Assembly (NCBI GenBank): GCA_044226015.1
Contig: JBGAHS010000005.1
Coordinates: forward strand, 671,116 to 735,115
Reading direction: 5' to 3'
DNA from: Candidatus Obscuribacteraceae bacterium
GTDB lineage: Bacteria; Cyanobacteriota; Vampirovibrionia; Obscuribacterales; Obscuribacteraceae
DNA length: 64,000 nucleotides
Within the stretch, counting starts at the first letter, position 1. Each line of letters opens with the position of its first letter. Made by a program: the position numbers and the translations under genes. Below the pieces are notes generated by a model. The model had not been told where the DNA came from, did not search any database, and worked only from the letters and a program-made list of their open reading frames with translations. Below are positions 39,832-49,796 of the stretch, one piece after another.

Positions 39832-42113
39832 ATTTTTCGCGCCTCGGCACCATATATGGAGAGTTCTTTAGCTAAAGACTCTTGAACTCGCCTTGCTGTA
39901 GCGCAATTTGGAATAGCTGATTTGCTATAGAGTTCAGCCGATTTTTCGAGGGGAATGATATGTTCAGGTGTCCATTCTAATGAGCACCAGTTTTGTCCGA
40001 TGTCCCAAAATCTAGCAGCCATTGAAGCTGCGGTTTCTTCTTCATTGGCAGCATTCAGCGCTTCTTGTAAGACACGCTCTGCATCATTTTTCTGCCCCAG
40101 AATTCTGAGGCAGCAGTATTCGTAAGCAGTATTCTTGTATAAACCGCGTAGGTCATTCTTGCGCTTCATTAAATACTTTGCTTTATTGAAATATCGGAGG
40201 CATTCTTTCACCGCTCTAAGCCAGGGCTCACGTTGTTTTGTGCGGTGGTAGGTGAACTCTGCTTCATCAAATGACCATTCAGCATATTCCGAAAGGACGC
40301 TATCAAGCTGTTTCGCTTTCATGATTGAATCTTGATAGGAGTCCAGTGCTGGCGAACTGTCCTGCTGATTTTCAGTAATTGATTCTTTTGTTTGGGTATC
40401 AAGTTTTCCGAGGTACCCGCGCAGAAGACTAGCTGCATAATCACAACGCGACGCATTTGCTGCGGCTCTTCCAACTACGACCGCTCGCAAAATTTCTGTC
40501 TCATTGCTTTCGTGGAGGATGAACTCCTGTGCTTGTTTTTTCGCTTCATCATCCCGCTTTAACGCGAACAGAATTTTGATTTTCAACAAAGTAAGATCAG
40601 GTGAATGGTCTAGTTGCGACGCTTGTGAAACTAGTCCGATTGCTTTTTCATGATTTCCTAAGCGCTCTGTCGCATTAATCAATGCCCGGTAGGCCATCCA
40701 TTTTTGTTCATTGGTCAGCTTCGTGCTTGTGCGAATAATTCGCTCTAGATTCTCTGTGTCAGACTTGAGCAGAGCCTCGTTCGTAGGGGAAAGGTTCACT
40801 GATATTCTTGCAGCTAAGAGCTTGCACTTGTCGGCATCATTTGCTTTTTGCGCGACAGTTTTGAAGAGTTTGTCGATTACTTCAAAGGTACCTGCTGGGT
40901 CATCGATCATCATGAGCTCAACATGAAACCAGTATTTTGTAATTTGCTCGCTGATGCTTGCATCTTGGTTGCTATTAGATGCGAGCCAACTCTTGGTTAT
41001 TTCCTGCGCTTCGTTGAAGTTTCCTTGATCTGTCTTAAGTCGTGCGACAGAAAGAATTTCGTCCCAACCGCAGTGGTCATATGAGTGTTTCGATTTCTGA
41101 ATAGCTCGTTTTGTTTTCTGCTTTTGAATTGGTTTTGATGAGTCTGAGTTGTTTTTGTTGAACAGTGGCTGAGCCAAAAATGGTATAGCGGCGAGTAATA
41201 CGATACCTACAATTAATATGGGCATCTTCTTTGATGCATTGTGCTTTGGCAAGGGGATCTCGGCAAAATCTTCTTCGTCTTGCAGTAGGGTCGTTATGTC
41301 ATCGGCCATTTCGGCCAGGCTGGCATACCTTTGCTCTGCTGATTTTGCAAGTGATTTTTCAAGAATGTGATTGAGTCCAAGTGGCAACTTCTCAGCAGGA
41401 AGGGACTGCTTCAGACTGTTCCATTTTTCTTTACTGTGCTTGTGCATGACACCGAATGCAGTATCAGCTTGAAATGGTGGCTGTCCTGTGATCAGTTCGT
41501 AGAGTATAATTCCAGTGGCATAAATGTCTGACGACATAGTAGCTTTTAGACCCTGGCATTGTTCGGGGCTCATATACTCTGGCGAACCAATTATTAACCC
41601 GGTTGCTGTTAAAGTTTTGCCTTGTTCGGAGAATCGCCCGAGACCGAAATCAATTATTTTGATTGAATCATCGTTGTCCTCGACGAGTAAAATATTTTCT
41701 GGTTTCAGGTCTCGATGCAATATCCCTGCGCTGTGAGCACTGTGCATTGCCAGGCACATATTTCGGACGATTCGCAGCGCCCTTCTCCAGGGAATTCTTG
41801 TTTGCTCTGTTATCAGTCGCCTGAGTGATTGACCTTTAACGTGCTCCATAGCGAAGTAGACAAGATTGTCGTCCGCGCCGAAGTGATAGAAGCGTACTAT
41901 CCCGGGGCAATTCAGTTCGGAAAGTATTTGACCTTCTCTTATGAAGCGATCCTTATCTTCAGAGGAGAATTGCTCTGCGGCCATAACTTTCAGAGCTACA
42001 GTCCTATTGAGGTCTGCTTGCTCTGCAAGATACACAGAGCCCATGCCGCCCGTTCCGAGCAGCCTTATAATTCGAAAACGTTCGTCGATGAGCACATTTT
42101 CTTGTAGTTTCAT
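39822..42113 (-). CDS. Ser/Thr protein kinase, tandem paralog of 37513-39831
   Basis: Same kinase motifs; shared HCxWxEI, AxEYCCL, WxPEHxIPL in the C-terminal part. Confidence 0.93.
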   Translation of the reverse strand: MKLQENVLIDERFRIIRLLGTGGMGSVYLAEQADLNRTVALKVMAAEQFSSEDKDRFIREGQILSELNCPGIVRFYHFGADDNLVYFAMEHVKGQSLRRLITEQTRIPWRRALRIVRNMCLAMHSAHSAGILHRDLKPENILLVEDNDDSIKIIDFGLGRFSEQGKTLTATGLIIGSPEYMSPEQCQGLKATMSSDIYATGIILYELITGQPPFQADTAFGVMHKHSKEKWNSLKQSLPAEKLPLGLNHILEKSLAKSAEQRYASLAEMADDITTLLQDEEDFAEIPLPKHNASKKMPILIVGIVLLAAIPFLAQPLFNKNNSDSSKPIQKQKTKRAIQKSKHSYDHCGWDEILSVARLKTDQGNFNEAQEITKSWLASNSNQDASISEQITKYWFHVELMMIDDPAGTFEVIDKLFKTVAQKANDADKCKLLAARISVNLSPTNEALLKSDTENLERIIRTSTKLTNEQKWMAYRALINATERLGNHEKAIGLVSQASQLDHSPDLTLLKIKILFALKRDDEAKKQAQEFILHESNETEILRAVVVGRAAANASRCDYAASLLRGYLGKLDTQTKESITENQQDSSPALDSYQDSIMKAKQLDSVLSEYAEWSFDEAEFTYHRTKQREPWLRAVKECLRYFNKAKYLMKRKNDLRGLYKNTAYEYCCLRILGQKNDAERVLQEALNAANEEETAASMAARFWDIGQNWCSLEWTPEHIIPLEKSAELYSKSAIPNCATARRVQESLAKELSIYGAEARKIWR

Positions 42114-42332
42114 GGGCTGAATATTTTGCACATCGCGGTAATCGAAACTTCGAAGACAAGGGCTAATCTTTCTTTCCCCGGCGCTTGGATTGTTTAACTG
42201 GCGGCTGAAAGCTCAGCAGGTCGGCTGTTCTCAGTTATGGTGCTCAGCCATGATTTGCTGAGAACAAGTTTACAGGCGCTTGTTTCCACGGCTTTGCTTT
42301 CAAACGTCTACATTGGCAGGTGCTAGCGAAAA

Positions 42333-42537
42333 GGATTTGGGGATCTGTGGAGCTGTGGAGCTGGGGAGCTGGCGAGCTGGGGAGCTGGCGAGCTGGGGAG
42401 CTGGCGAGCTGGGGATCTGGAGATCTGGAGATCTGGGGAGCTGGAGATCTGGGGATCTGGAGATCTGCGGATCTGGAGATCTGCGGATCTGGAGATCTGC
42501 GGATCTGGAGATCTGCGGATCTGGAGATCTGCGGATC
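42333..42537. repeat. 8-bp tandem repeat, about 25 units (NGAGCTGG / NGATCTGS)
   Basis: Read directly; units drift from GGAGCTGG/CGAGCTGG to alternating GGATCTGG-AGATCTGC. Confidence 0.95.
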
Positions 42538-42697
42538 AGTCTACGAAATGGTGTAGTAAATGACAAGAAAAAAATTGGAGAGCGAAAAGATAGCCGATGA
42601 ATTGTATAGAAGGGGGAGAGCTTTTAAGGCTCTCCCTGAGGACCTAGCTTGTCGATGGTTTGTATTGCTGGGCACCATTAGTGGTGCCTCGTTTTTC

Positions 42698-42961
42698 TTA
42701 GAATCCGGTAGTGCCGATGATCCAATAGGCGCCAAAGCCGAGAAATTCGACGAGGGCGATTGCCTGCAGCCAAATGAGACCGAACTTGACGTTCATCCTG
42801 TTGAGTCCGTATGCGCTTAGCCCTGCCAGGGCGACAGCGTAGATTTCGGTGAAGCTGACCTGAAATCTGTAGCGCAGCCAGAGGCGAAACACTCCCGCAA
42901 GGAAGGTGATGATCGCCGTAGCGATGATGATGGTCTTCAGTTTGCTGGCGTCGGCTTTCAT
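42698..42961 (-). CDS. Small 3-TM membrane protein
   Basis: GGAG RBS, hydrophobic. Confidence 0.7.
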   Translation of the reverse strand: MKADASKLKTIIIATAIITFLAGVFRLWLRYRFQVSFTEIYAVALAGLSAYGLNRMNVKFGLIWLQAIALVEFLGFGAYWIIGTTGF

Positions 42962-43128
42962 GAGGTTCTCCGGTTCATGCTTGTCTGCTGTGGCGAAGTT
43001 CTATAAGCTGTGAAAAGAGAGGGCAGCTAATGCTCTCTCTTCTCTTTCTTGGGCACCGCATTCAGTGCTACACAGATTGGCGGTGCAAGAGGCTAGGTCG
43101 CAACTCAAAGTTGCGACCATCCTTCAAG

Positions 43129-44352
43129 TCAGTCGCGGGGCTTACCCGGAATGACGACCGCCGGACCGCCCGAGTGCGTCGGCGCCGTGTGGACCGAAGA
43201 CCCCGAGCCGGGCTTCTTCGGAACGACGACGACCGGACCACCCGAGTTGCCCGAGTTGCCGTCTTCATCGATGACCACCGGACCATCCGTCGGCTTCTTC
43301 GGAACGACGACGACAGGACCGCCCGAATTGCCGTTGCCATGCGGGTCGACCACGATGACTTTCGGGCGATGCAGATTGCCCGGCGCATTCAGGATGACGA
43401 CATTGCCGTCGTTGACGACCTCGTTATCGAACGCGACGGCATAGACCCGACCGTCGATGATGGCGGTCCAGACCTTCCAGCTCGAGTTGTAGGTCGCCAT
43501 CGCCGTGTCTATGATGTCATAGTCGAGGCGCTGGAACTGGTCCTCGTGACGATAGGTGCGCGTCACGCGAAGCAGAACATTGTAGCCGTCGCTGGTGAGC
43601 GTATAAGGCGCGACGCTGACGTTGATCTGGTTGTCGTTCCAGTCCATCTTGTTGAAGCGCGTCCCCAGGTCAGAGTAAGCCTTCGACGAAAGGTGGCGGA
43701 CATCGGTGCTGCCCATGCGCACGCTGTAGAGCTGGTTCTGATACCAGCCCATGTGCGCGCGCTGCTCCGGCACCCACTGGGCGCTGAAGCTCGCCCGAAT
43801 CGTGTAGGCGCGATCGAGATAGGTCTCCTCGTGCTTGTAGCGATGCGTGACGTTGATGGTGCGGAAGTTGCCGTTGCTGGAAATGTTGCCGGCGCCGAGC
43901 TTAGCGATCTCGTTGGAGTCATCCGTCGAGATAGCCGAGCTGCGTTCGCCGAGTTCGATGACCGGCTTGGCGATGACCTGACCGGGCTTCTGCCCCTCGT
44001 GGAAGGCGATGAAACCGCCCTCGTCGTCACGCAACATCCACTGGTTCAGCTCGCTGACCCAATTGGCCGACGTGGTGACCTGAATCTTGTACTTCACGTC
44101 GTGACCGAAAGGGTTCCAGAAGCTGTGCGGGTGGAGAAAGGTGAAGGTTTCCGAGACGGAAACCTGCGCGTCGCCGATAGCGGGCGCGGTGTAGGCATGC
44201 GCAACGCGCTCCTTGACCGGGTCGCTCGGGTCGATCTTCGACGTGCGAATGCCGCCGTCATCGACCTTGGCCGCCATGGCGGGGCCCGTCATGACCGAGA
44301 GGGACGCGATCAGGGCGATACCGGCAACGGTGGCATGCAGATGCTTCATCAT
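43129..44352 (-). CDS. Secreted beta-rich protein with repeated GNSGGPVVVVPKKP tail
   Basis: Signal peptide (AMA-A), strong codon bias, low-complexity repeated C-terminus. Confidence 0.8.
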   Translation of the reverse strand: MMKHLHATVAGIALIASLSVMTGPAMAAKVDDGGIRTSKIDPSDPVKERVAHAYTAPAIGDAQVSVSETFTFLHPHSFWNPFGHDVKYKIQVTTSANWVSELNQWMLRDDEGGFIAFHEGQKPGQVIAKPVIELGERSSAISTDDSNEIAKLGAGNISSNGNFRTINVTHRYKHEETYLDRAYTIRASFSAQWVPEQRAHMGWYQNQLYSVRMGSTDVRHLSSKAYSDLGTRFNKMDWNDNQINVSVAPYTLTSDGYNVLLRVTRTYRHEDQFQRLDYDIIDTAMATYNSSWKVWTAIIDGRVYAVAFDNEVVNDGNVVILNAPGNLHRPKVIVVDPHGNGNSGGPVVVVPKKPTDGPVVIDEDGNSGNSGGPVVVVPKKPGSGSSVHTAPTHSGGPAVVIPGKPRD

Positions 44353-44565
44353 GTGTTTTGTCTCCGTGTTTCTGTTTCGAGTTTGCAAGTTAGCTTGCGT
44401 GTTTGCGCACTATGCGCGTCTACTGAACGCCGAGCGAAACGCAATGCATTTCGCCCGGCATAACTCACAAGACCTCTGGCACCGAATGCGATGCCAGTGT
44501 TGCTGCCCGCTGAAGAGATTCAGCGAGCAGCTATTTTATGGCGACGAATGAACTGCGCTTGCCGT

Positions 44566-45657
44566 TCACTCGCCGTCGCCGACGACCCAGCGCGACGGAG
44601 TCAACTCGTCCTTCGCGTTCTGGTTCGGTTCGACGCCGGCGCCACGCCAGGCTGCCAGCAGCTTGTCGACGTGCTGCGGAAAGCCCAGCTCGCGCGCGGC
44701 TTCGATCGTGTAGAACGCGAACGAGCCGAACGACGGGTTGCTGCCCGCCTTCTTCCGCGCCGCGAACCAGATCTGACCCGGCGCTTCCCAGGCCCAATCG
44801 CCGCTCTCCATGACGAAACGTGCGAACACACCGTTCGGAATACCCGAATTGGAGTGAACGCCTCCGTTGTCCGAACGCGTGACGATATAGTCCTTCATGT
44901 GAGCCGGCTGCCGGTCGCGACCCAGCTTGGGGTCGTTGTAGGCGGTGCCGGGCTTCAGCATGTTGCGGAGACCTTCGCCGTTGACCGAGCTGGTGAAGAT
45001 GCCGCGGCCGATGAGCCAGTCGATGAGATCCGAGCGCGACTTCTTCGACCAGATTTCGACGAGCTTGCCGAAGACATCGGAGAAGTGCTCGTTGAGCGAA
45101 CCGGACTGACCCCAGTAGATGGCGCCCGACTCGTATTCGGTCACGCCATGGGTCATTTCATGACCCGTGACATCGAGCAGAACGAAACGCGCGAAGATGA
45201 TCTGGTCGCCGCGGCCGTAGGTCATACGCCGGTTGCTCCAGAACGCGTTGTTGAACTTCTGGCCGAAATGAACGACGGAAACGAGGTTCATGCCGTTGGC
45301 GTCGATGGAATTGCGTCCGTGAACCGAACGATAGAACTCGCGCACAACGCCGGTGAAGGCGAAGGCGTCGTCCGCGTCACGGTCGCCGACGTCCGGGTCA
45401 TTTTCGCCGCGAATCTTCACGCCGACGCGGTCTTCCTGGTCCTTCGCATCCCAGATTTCGCGCAGCGCGAGCCCGGGAGTACGCGGGTCGATGGGGGAAT
45501 GTCCGGTTTCCGCGATGATGCGCTGAACGAGCTTGATCTGCTCGGCGATGATGCGCTCGCGTTCGGCGTTCTGCGAACGCTTCATGATTTCGTCCAGCAT
45601 GACGGGCGGAATGATGCCATTGCCACGGGCAGCCGACGGAAGAATGATGCTTGTCAT
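44566..45657 (-). CDS. M4 metallopeptidase, protealysin-like (copy 1)
   Basis: IIPP propeptide, NNAFW, HEMTH, GSLNEHFSD, DNGGVHSNSGIPN; no signal peptide. Confidence 0.92.
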   Translation of the reverse strand: MTSIILPSAARGNGIIPPVMLDEIMKRSQNAERERIIAEQIKLVQRIIAETGHSPIDPRTPGLALREIWDAKDQEDRVGVKIRGENDPDVGDRDADDAFAFTGVVREFYRSVHGRNSIDANGMNLVSVVHFGQKFNNAFWSNRRMTYGRGDQIIFARFVLLDVTGHEMTHGVTEYESGAIYWGQSGSLNEHFSDVFGKLVEIWSKKSRSDLIDWLIGRGIFTSSVNGEGLRNMLKPGTAYNDPKLGRDRQPAHMKDYIVTRSDNGGVHSNSGIPNGVFARFVMESGDWAWEAPGQIWFAARKKAGSNPSFGSFAFYTIEAARELGFPQHVDKLLAAWRGAGVEPNQNAKDELTPSRWVVGDGE

Positions 45658-45881
45658 TTTTGAGTTTCCTTTCTTCTCAGGTGAGGAGAGGTGAGTTTGA
45701 CGCTCACGCTCTCCGATGCTTTTGCTTTTGCGAAACTGCTTTAGCAGAACGCTAGTAGACTCAGACAGCATCAGTAGAAACTGATGTTGTCACTTCCAAA
45801 AGGCAATCACTAACGAAGAGCTCCTTTGCCGCCGTCAGTAGATTTCGGTGACGGTGCGGATTAAGAGCTCCCCAGCCGCCG

Positions 45882-46316
45882 TCAGTCGACTTCGGTGACG
45901 GTGCGAACGACGAGCTTGCCGTTCTCGATGTAGACCTGCACGACGTAATCGATCGCGACGCCCCTCGTCGTCTCCTGGAAGGTCACGTTGACGACGAGCG
46001 TGGACTCGCCCATGAGCGACCAGACGCGAGTCGCGACCTCGTACATGGCCGCCCGAGCCTTGAACTTGTTGTCGAAGACAACACTGTCGGCGAAGAGCCC
46101 GTGAATGGTCTTGAACCACTTCCATTCGGCGGTCGACGAGGGCTGGTCGGGCTGGATGGTGTAGACGACCTGGCCCTGCCAGGTGCTGACGTTGATCGCG
46201 ACGGCGATGAGATGCTCGGTGCCGAAGAAGCTGTAGCCCGAGGCAATGCGCTTCTGCAGGTTGGTGGCGCCATCGAGGAGGGCAGCGATCTGCGTGTTGG
46301 TCAGCATGTGTTTCAT
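45882..46316 (-). CDS. Hypothetical protein, paralog of 46411-46845
   Basis: LLDG..NLQ.R....EH..VVNVTFQ..G.AID..VQVYIENGKLVVR. Confidence 0.8.
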   Translation of the reverse strand: MKHMLTNTQIAALLDGATNLQKRIASGYSFFGTEHLIAVAINVSTWQGQVVYTIQPDQPSSTAEWKWFKTIHGLFADSVVFDNKFKARAAMYEVATRVWSLMGESTLVVNVTFQETTRGVAIDYVVQVYIENGKLVVRTVTEVD

Positions 46317-46410
46317 CCTTTCGAATTGCTCTTTCTGAGCGCTTGCAGCTTTGCTTAAGGGAAACAGCAGCAGGCTGCTCTGCTGCTGTTCCGTATGCTG
46401 AACGGCGCGA

Positions 46411-46845
46411 TCAGGCGACGCTGTTGTCGACGGTGTCGACTTCGCGCACGATGAGCTGGCCGTCCTGAATGTAGACCTGGATCGTGCGGTCGATGGCGCG
46501 TCCGTTGACGGTCACCTGGAACGTGGCGTTGACGACGATGCTGTCCTCGTTGAACGCGTTCCAAGCCGACAGCGCGACCTCACGCATCGCCGCCATCTGC
46601 TTGATGCGGGTGCTGAGCATAGCGCCGTTGCCGAACGTGCCGGTGTACATGTCGATCACGGGATTGCGCGATGACGACGGCGCCGGCGGCGTAACCGAGT
46701 CGAGGACGTGACCCTGGAAGGTCGTGTACATCACGGTCAGCACAATCTTGTGCTCATAGAACTGACCGGAGAACTGCGCCGCAACGCGGTCCTGCAGGTT
46801 CTGGAGCCCTTCGAGCAGCGACAGGCGGGTGGTGTGAGCAAGCAT
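46411..46845 (-). CDS. Hypothetical protein, paralog of 45882-46316
   Basis: AAGGAG RBS; same motif pattern. Confidence 0.8.
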   Translation of the reverse strand: MLAHTTRLSLLEGLQNLQDRVAAQFSGQFYEHKIVLTVMYTTFQGHVLDSVTPPAPSSSRNPVIDMYTGTFGNGAMLSTRIKQMAAMREVALSAWNAFNEDSIVVNATFQVTVNGRAIDRTIQVYIQDGQLIVREVDTVDNSVA

Positions 46846-46891
46846 TTCTATCTCCTTCGTTGAGGTTTCGTGAAGTAGACTCAGCGTTCGC

Positions 46892-48670
46892 TCAGTGAGC
46901 GAACGCATTCGGGTCGACGATGACGGTGCTCAGACGAATGCCGTGGTCGGCATGCGCCTTCTCGATGAGCGCCCAATACTTGCCGCCGAACTCGACCTGA
47001 TCGACAGCCTTCGCCGCGACCAGAATGTCGCGGAAAAGCACGGTGTGCTGCGGCATGTGCTGAATCACACGAATGCGCAGTTTGCGGAAATTCGCCAGTT
47101 CCGTTGCGATGTCCGCACCATCGGCGGTGAGCATCGCGAAGAGCAGGTCGGACCAGGCGCCGCCAATGATGAGACCGTCGGCGTGGACTTCGCCTTCCAT
47201 GTCCTTCGGATAGGTCGCCTTGTTGAGCTGGTTGCGAATGCCCTTCGGGAACTTGACGTATTTGCCGATGGTGCAGAAGAACTTGCGGTTCTGCTGCAGC
47301 CATTCACGGTTGAACGTGATGCCATACTCGTGGCCGAAGTTCAGGAGGAACCACGCTTCGGTCGCGAGAGCGACGGCATCGCCGGCGAAGCCTTCATGAG
47401 CGGCGCCGCCTTCGTCGCCATAGAGATTGCGATTGGGCGCATTCCAGGCGACTTCCTGGTGACCGCCCTCGTGAGCAGGCACGCCACCATCATAGGATTC
47501 GTGCTTGGCGAGTCCGAAGTTGCCTCCGGTGCCGATGCCCATGTGAATCTCGCCGTCGTGCTCGACGCCGGTGCCGTCCTTGTCGTCATAGGCGTTGTCC
47601 CGCACGTCCGGGTCGTCGATGAAGACGGCGATCGGCTTGTCGGGGCGACGCGCGCCTTGCTCGGCGTTGGCTTCGAACTGAAGCGTCAGCCAGGCAAAGA
47701 CGTTGACCGCCGAGAACTCGGCCGTGTCGATGGCGAATTCATAGTTGCCATCGGCGTTCGGCTTCACATCGACCCAGCCGAGACCGTTCCAGATCTTCAT
47801 GATGACCCACCCATTGGCGAGCCGTCCCGGATTCGGCAGAGCCGAGAGCTGGTGCTTGCGCATCTGCGCCGCGGCGGGGCTGTCGAACTTGGGAACGGTG
47901 TGGAAGATCATCGAGGATGTGCCCGCCTCGGCCTGCATCAGCCGATGGTCGAACTCGTTGACGATCTGCGGCGTGCCGCCGGCGACCTTGACGAGGAACT
48001 CCCGATTGAAGGAGTTGGCGCCCTTCTTGATCAGCTGGACACGGAAGCACGGGTCGAACTGACCGTTCCAGAGCGACGCCACGAACTCGACGTTGATGGT
48101 GCAATCCGCGGCGCGAGCTTCGACCGCTTCCAGAGCGGTTTCCACAGCCTTGGCTTGCAGGGCGGTGAGCTTCGCTTCGTCCATGGACAGTTCCGCCGAA
48201 AGCGTTCCGTGGCGCAGGGTGCTCTGGATCATGTAGACGGTGCCGTCGGTCTTGATGTAGAGCTGAATGAAGCCGCCGCGCGCGCGAACCGGCTTCTCGC
48301 GACCGGCGACATGCAGCACCTGCGAGGCCGCGACCTGCCAGCCGAGACCCGGAAGTTCGAAAGCTTCGAACTGGAGAAGCGTGACCTCGCTGACCTTGAA
48401 GAGATCACGAATCTCCGGAATCTCGACGACCTTGGCGGCGTGAGCGACGGGGTCGCCGTTGAAGCCGATCGGCGCAGCGAAGCCGTTCTTGTCGGTGCAG
48501 AGAAGCTGGCGGATGAATCCGTTGGCGTCGCTGCTGAATTCGATGCCGCTGACCTTCAGCGAGAGCTGCCCGATGAGCGTAAGCAGCTCGCCCGAGGGCG
48601 CCCTGGAGACGGCCGGAACGGGCTTGCTGCGGGGGCGGGGTTTCAGAGAGGGATTCGGTTGAAACATCAT
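46892..48670 (-). CDS. M36 (fungalysin)-like metallopeptidase with long propeptide
   Basis: DNAY, YDGGVPAHEGGH (HExxH), AHEGFAGD, GEVHADG. Confidence 0.75.
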   Translation of the reverse strand: MMFQPNPSLKPRPRSKPVPAVSRAPSGELLTLIGQLSLKVSGIEFSSDANGFIRQLLCTDKNGFAAPIGFNGDPVAHAAKVVEIPEIRDLFKVSEVTLLQFEAFELPGLGWQVAASQVLHVAGREKPVRARGGFIQLYIKTDGTVYMIQSTLRHGTLSAELSMDEAKLTALQAKAVETALEAVEARAADCTINVEFVASLWNGQFDPCFRVQLIKKGANSFNREFLVKVAGGTPQIVNEFDHRLMQAEAGTSSMIFHTVPKFDSPAAAQMRKHQLSALPNPGRLANGWVIMKIWNGLGWVDVKPNADGNYEFAIDTAEFSAVNVFAWLTLQFEANAEQGARRPDKPIAVFIDDPDVRDNAYDDKDGTGVEHDGEIHMGIGTGGNFGLAKHESYDGGVPAHEGGHQEVAWNAPNRNLYGDEGGAAHEGFAGDAVALATEAWFLLNFGHEYGITFNREWLQQNRKFFCTIGKYVKFPKGIRNQLNKATYPKDMEGEVHADGLIIGGAWSDLLFAMLTADGADIATELANFRKLRIRVIQHMPQHTVLFRDILVAAKAVDQVEFGGKYWALIEKAHADHGIRLSTVIVDPNAFAH

Positions 48671-48817
48671 GTGTGTTGTGTCCTTTCATTTGCGACAGGT
48701 CGCGTTAGAAGAAGCCCTGCGCAGTAATCGTTGACTGCTCAGTGGCGATTTTTGCTTTGTAGACTTCGTTGTGGCGTGCCCGTTAGCGCCGGCATTCAGC
48801 CGACTTCGACGCGTGCC

Positions 48818-48936
48818 GTGATACCGATAGCGGTGCCCTCGGGAGCGTGCCCGGGAGTGCCGCCATCGACTTAGAGCATGACACCGGTAATGGTGCTTGA
48901 TTCAGAGGAGCCGAGTGATACCGCTAGCGGTGCCCT
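48818..48936. promoter_or_regulatory. Three quasi-palindromic TGA(T/C)ACCGNTA(G/A)(C/T)GGTGC sites
   Basis: 48818-48839, 48878-48896, 48915-48936; fourth copy 53975-53992. Confidence 0.55.
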
Positions 48937-48982
48937 GCGAGCGCTGGCATCCTGCCGGCTTCGACTTATAAGCGACTTGCGC

Positions 48983-49702
48983 TTAGTTCGTCGCCGATTC
49001 CAGGCGAGCCCGGATGGCGTCGCGCGACTCCTTCTTGCGAGCCTCGGTCAGCTTGCGATCGGCCTCGTTGGCGCCGACGTCCTCGAAGCGAGCCTTCGCC
49101 TTCTCGTATTCACGTTCGATCGAGTTCAGGTCTTCGCCGATCTCCTTCGTGCTCGAGGACAAGTCGCGAGTTTTCTCAAGAAGGTCCGCCGTGACGCGCA
49201 GCGAGGCAGTCACCTCTTCCTTGCTTCTGGCGGTTTCCGCCTCGCCTTCGAGCTTCTTGAGCTCGATGACCATGGACGCATAGCCGAGGCGGGCCGAATC
49301 GAGCGCATTCTTCGCCAGTTCGATGCTAACTTCCTGCGCACGAATCTCCGCTTCCTTGTCGGCGATCTTGTCGATGATGCTGTCTTCGACTTCCTTGCCG
49401 AGGGCGTTCTTGACCGCAAAGTCGAAGTCCGCCTTCAGCTGCTTCAGCTCGCCCTTGAGGGCGGTGAGTGCGTTGATTTCGAAGTTGACGTCGCCGCGAA
49501 GGTCAGAGATGCGATAGCCCTCATCTTTGATCTGTTCGCGGAATTCGCGCAGGCGCAGATTGATGCGCTCTACACGGGTCGTCGCCGTCTTGAAGAAGCG
49601 ATCCATCCAGATCTGAAGCGTTTCATTCAGCCCCTTCTTATAGGGGTTGGGAATGATCATCGCGAGGATGAGAGCGATGACGAGAATAGCGATGAGCGGC
49701 AT
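48983..49702 (-). CDS. PspA/IM30-like coiled-coil protein with N-terminal TM helix
   Basis: Long coiled coil, KAKARFE..DRKL..IRARL tail; paralog of the next gene. Confidence 0.65.
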   Translation of the reverse strand: MPLIAILVIALILAMIIPNPYKKGLNETLQIWMDRFFKTATTRVERINLRLREFREQIKDEGYRISDLRGDVNFEINALTALKGELKQLKADFDFAVKNALGKEVEDSIIDKIADKEAEIRAQEVSIELAKNALDSARLGYASMVIELKKLEGEAETARSKEEVTASLRVTADLLEKTRDLSSSTKEIGEDLNSIEREYEKAKARFEDVGANEADRKLTEARKKESRDAIRARLESATN

Positions 49703-49796
49703 GTTTCAGTTCTCCGATTGCTTTGTTAACTGCTGATTTGCGAAGTTGACTGTGAGGCAGGCAAGCTTGCCTGCCTCGATTTTTGCTGAGTGGAAC

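Noticed and set aside
37513..42113. Diversity-generating retroelement acting on kinase or FGE-family genes
   Set aside because: No reverse transcriptase and no adenine-specific template/variable repeat pair seen
42333..42537. CRISPR array or repeat-protein CDS
   Set aside because: Contiguous 8-mers with no spacers and no cas genes; overlapping ORFs are low-complexity by-products
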